This document shows positions 34,951 to 36,281 of a DNA stretch of 36,281 nucleotides, piece by piece. This DNA comes from Gaiellaceae bacterium. Its GTDB lineage: Bacteria; Actinomycetota; Thermoleophilia; Gaiellales; Gaiellaceae. The stretch's first letter is position 1; each line of letters begins with the position of its first letter. The stretch is from positions 1 to 36,281 of the forward strand of contig JBOGZX010000481.1 of the NCBI GenBank assembly GCA_050697615.1, written 5' to 3'. Both the position numbers and the translations under genes were made by a program. The notes beneath the pieces are model-generated. The model did not search any database. It worked only from the letters and a program-made list of their open reading frames with translations, and was not told the origin of the DNA.

Positions 34951-36147
34951 TCAGTCGAACAGGGTTTCGCCCGGCGCCAGGTGTCGTGTACAGACGTCCT
35001 CGTTCAACTCGAAGCCGAAGCCCGGTGCGTCGTCGAGATGAACGCAGCCGTCCTCGAAGAGCGGTCGCCGCCGCGTCACGACCGCTCCGATCCACTCTGC
35101 GTCGGCGAAGTGGTACTCGAGTCCGACGAAGGTGGGAATCGAGGCCGCGAGATGCGCCGCAGCGATCGTCCCCAACGCGCAGCCGTTGTTGTGCAGCGCG
35201 ACGGGTAGGTAGTGGAGATCCGCGTAATCTGCGATCTGTCGCGTCGCGGTCAGGCCGCCCGCGAAGCAGATGTCGGGATGCAGTACATCGCACGCTCCGT
35301 GATCGATGAACAGCCGCGCCTGCTCGGGGCCGAACATCTCTCCGGCGCAGATGGCGATCGGGCTACGGCTGCGCACGTACGCGAGCGCGTCGGGGTTCGC
35401 AAGCGGTACTGGGTCCTCGAGCCATGTGAGGTCGAGCGGGGCGAGCGCCTCGGCGAGAGCGATTGCCGTCGGAGCCGTGTAGTGCATGTGGCAGTCGATC
35501 GCGAGCGCGACATCCGGTCCGACGGCCTCCCTGACCGCGCCGATACGTTCGACGATCGCCCGGATCTGCGCGCGCGATGCGCTGCGATTCCATACGTCGT
35601 CCGTGAGGTCGGGTGCGACATATTCGGCATCGAACTTCAGACTCGAGAAGCCACGGGCGGACGCATCCGCTCCGAGATCGGCCCATGCCTCGAGTTGCTC
35701 CGGGCGATGAGGGCCGCTTCGGTCGAGATAGACGCGGATTTCCCGTCGGTACGCGCCTCCGAGAAGCGCATGTACTGGGACTCCGAGCGCTTTGCCGACG
35801 AGGTCGTGGAGCGCGATCTCCACTCCGGCGGCAGCCCATGCGACCGGACCGCTCGAGACTGCGGTCTGCGACATGCTGGGCTCCCGGGGCGGCAGAGCGC
35901 CGTAGAGGATCTCGCGGACGATCGGCCGGATCTCGAGCGGGTCCCTGCCGACCAGTTGCGGCTCGACTCGTGCGAGCGCCTGCCGGGTGCCGGGCAGGTC
36001 GGTGGCTTCGCCGAGACCGTAGTTGCCGTCGTCTGCGTCGACCCGGACGAGTAGGATCGACCACGTTCGCGGTGCGCCCAGCCCGTGTGGGTCGGGACCG
36101 ACGAGCCTGACCGTACGCAGCCGGCTGATTCGCATCGGGGTCGTCAC
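34951..36147 (-). CDS. Enolase-superfamily enzyme (mandelate racemase/muconate lactonizing enzyme family; dehydratase or epimerase, specificity unknown)
   Basis: ORF 34951-36147 with a GTG start. Motifs: GLGEATD, SLKFD, LAIDCHMH, LTWLEDP, ICAGEMF, DVLHPDICFAGGL. The stop abuts the ATPase stop (TGATCA). Confidence 0.9.
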   Translation of the reverse strand: MTTPMRISRLRTVRLVGPDPHGLGAPRTWSILLVRVDADDGNYGLGEATDLPGTRQALARVEPQLVGRDPLEIRPIVREILYGALPPREPSMSQTAVSSGPVAWAAAGVEIALHDLVGKALGVPVHALLGGAYRREIRVYLDRSGPHRPEQLEAWADLGADASARGFSSLKFDAEYVAPDLTDDVWNRSASRAQIRAIVERIGAVREAVGPDVALAIDCHMHYTAPTAIALAEALAPLDLTWLEDPVPLANPDALAYVRSRSPIAICAGEMFGPEQARLFIDHGACDVLHPDICFAGGLTATRQIADYADLHYLPVALHNNGCALGTIAAAHLAASIPTFVGLEYHFADAEWIGAVVTRRRPLFEDGCVHLDDAPGFGFELNEDVCTRHLAPGETLFD

Positions 36148-36152
36148 GACGG

Positions 36153-36172
36153 TAACATATGACGTATGACGA
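36153..36172. promoter_or_regulatory. Overlapping divergent -10 elements plus AT-rich shared motif, site C (CATATGACGTATGACGA, 36156-36172)
   Basis: The gap between the divergent starts is only 18 bp. On the plus strand, TAACAT (36153-36158) lies 7 nt before ATG 36166. On the minus strand, TATGTT (36159-36154) lies 6 nt before GTG 36147. Both are TAnnnT with leaderless-type spacing. Confidence 0.4.
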
Positions 36173-36281
36173 AACCGCGCGTCCTCGTGACGGGTGCGAG
36201 CGGGCTGGTCGGCCGCCTCGTCCTTGAAGGTCTGGGCGAGCGCTACGCCTTCAGCGGCCTCTCGCGGCGGCCGGTCGAGGG
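36166..36281 (+). CDS. NAD-dependent epimerase/dehydratase-family protein, N-terminal fragment (3' end cut by the window)
   Basis: Starting at ATG 36166 the frame reads MTKPRVLVTGASGLVGRLVLEGLGERYAFSGLSRRPVE, a Rossmann GxxGxxG N-terminus. The frame is open to the window end. The ORF track omits it because it is too short. Confidence 0.6.
   Translation, partial: MTKPRVLVTGASGLVGRLVLEGLGERYAFSGLSRRPVE

Noticed and set aside
1-36281. I looked for CRISPR arrays, IS elements or transposases, integrases, toxin-antitoxin pairs, and phage or defence-system genes.
   Set aside because: I saw no spaced direct repeats, no terminal inverted repeats flanking an ORF, and no recombinase, nuclease or helicase-type defence signatures in any credible ORF. 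All strong ORFs are metabolic, transport or signalling genes.

Overview
This is a very GC-rich, gene-dense chromosomal segment in the actinobacterial style. It holds about 35 CDS, many with 4-nt ATGA/GTGA stop-start overlaps, and several starts look leaderless. I saw no rRNA, tRNA, CRISPR array, transposase/integrase or phage genes.

Layout:
- (i) 1-5504 is a myo-inositol module: an IolG-like dehydrogenase fragment, a CUT2-type sugar ABC transporter (binding protein, permease, single-domain ATPase) and iolD.
- (ii) 5508-7362 holds a YcaQ/AlkZ-family DNA glycosylase. It is followed by an unexplained non-coding gap of about 385 nt carrying a 16-bp tandem duplication, then a PRC-barrel gene.
- (iii) 7426-21843 is rich in signalling genes:
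  - a GGDEF-EAL protein and a membrane GGDEF/HD-GYP protein;
  - DUF998 + MarR;
  - an SDR whose catalytic YxxxK segment lies in another reading frame;
  - a divergent NmrA-like reductase/TetR pair;
  - a receiver plus a cytoplasmic GAF-GAF-PAS histidine kinase;
  - two tandem paralogous small C-x-C-x4-C proteins of unknown function;
  - an ECF-type sigma factor with no anti-sigma partner;
  - a REC-HK-NarL three-gene operon.
- (iv) 21979-36281 is a cluster enriched in D-stereochemistry and peptide enzymes:
  - an M20 peptidase and a fold-type-II PLP dehydratase;
  - two tandem D-aminoacylase paralogs coupled to a D-threonine-aldolase/D-serine-dehydratase-type PLP enzyme;
  - a D-2-hydroxyacid dehydrogenase and a Dpp/Opp-type ABC importer;
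  - an MR/MLE enolase-superfamily enzyme and the start of an NAD-dependent epimerase.

I found no recognisable defence or mobile system. The best candidates for something undescribed are:
- the D-amino-acid/peptide catabolic island, together with an AT-rich core motif (ACGTATGAC) shared by three of its promoter gaps;
- the tandem small Cys-rich paralogs next to the sigma factor and two-component genes.

Several sequence-level oddities are also recorded: compensating frameshifts, an SD-supported ATA start, overlapping divergent leaderless promoters, and hairpins after both binding-protein genes.
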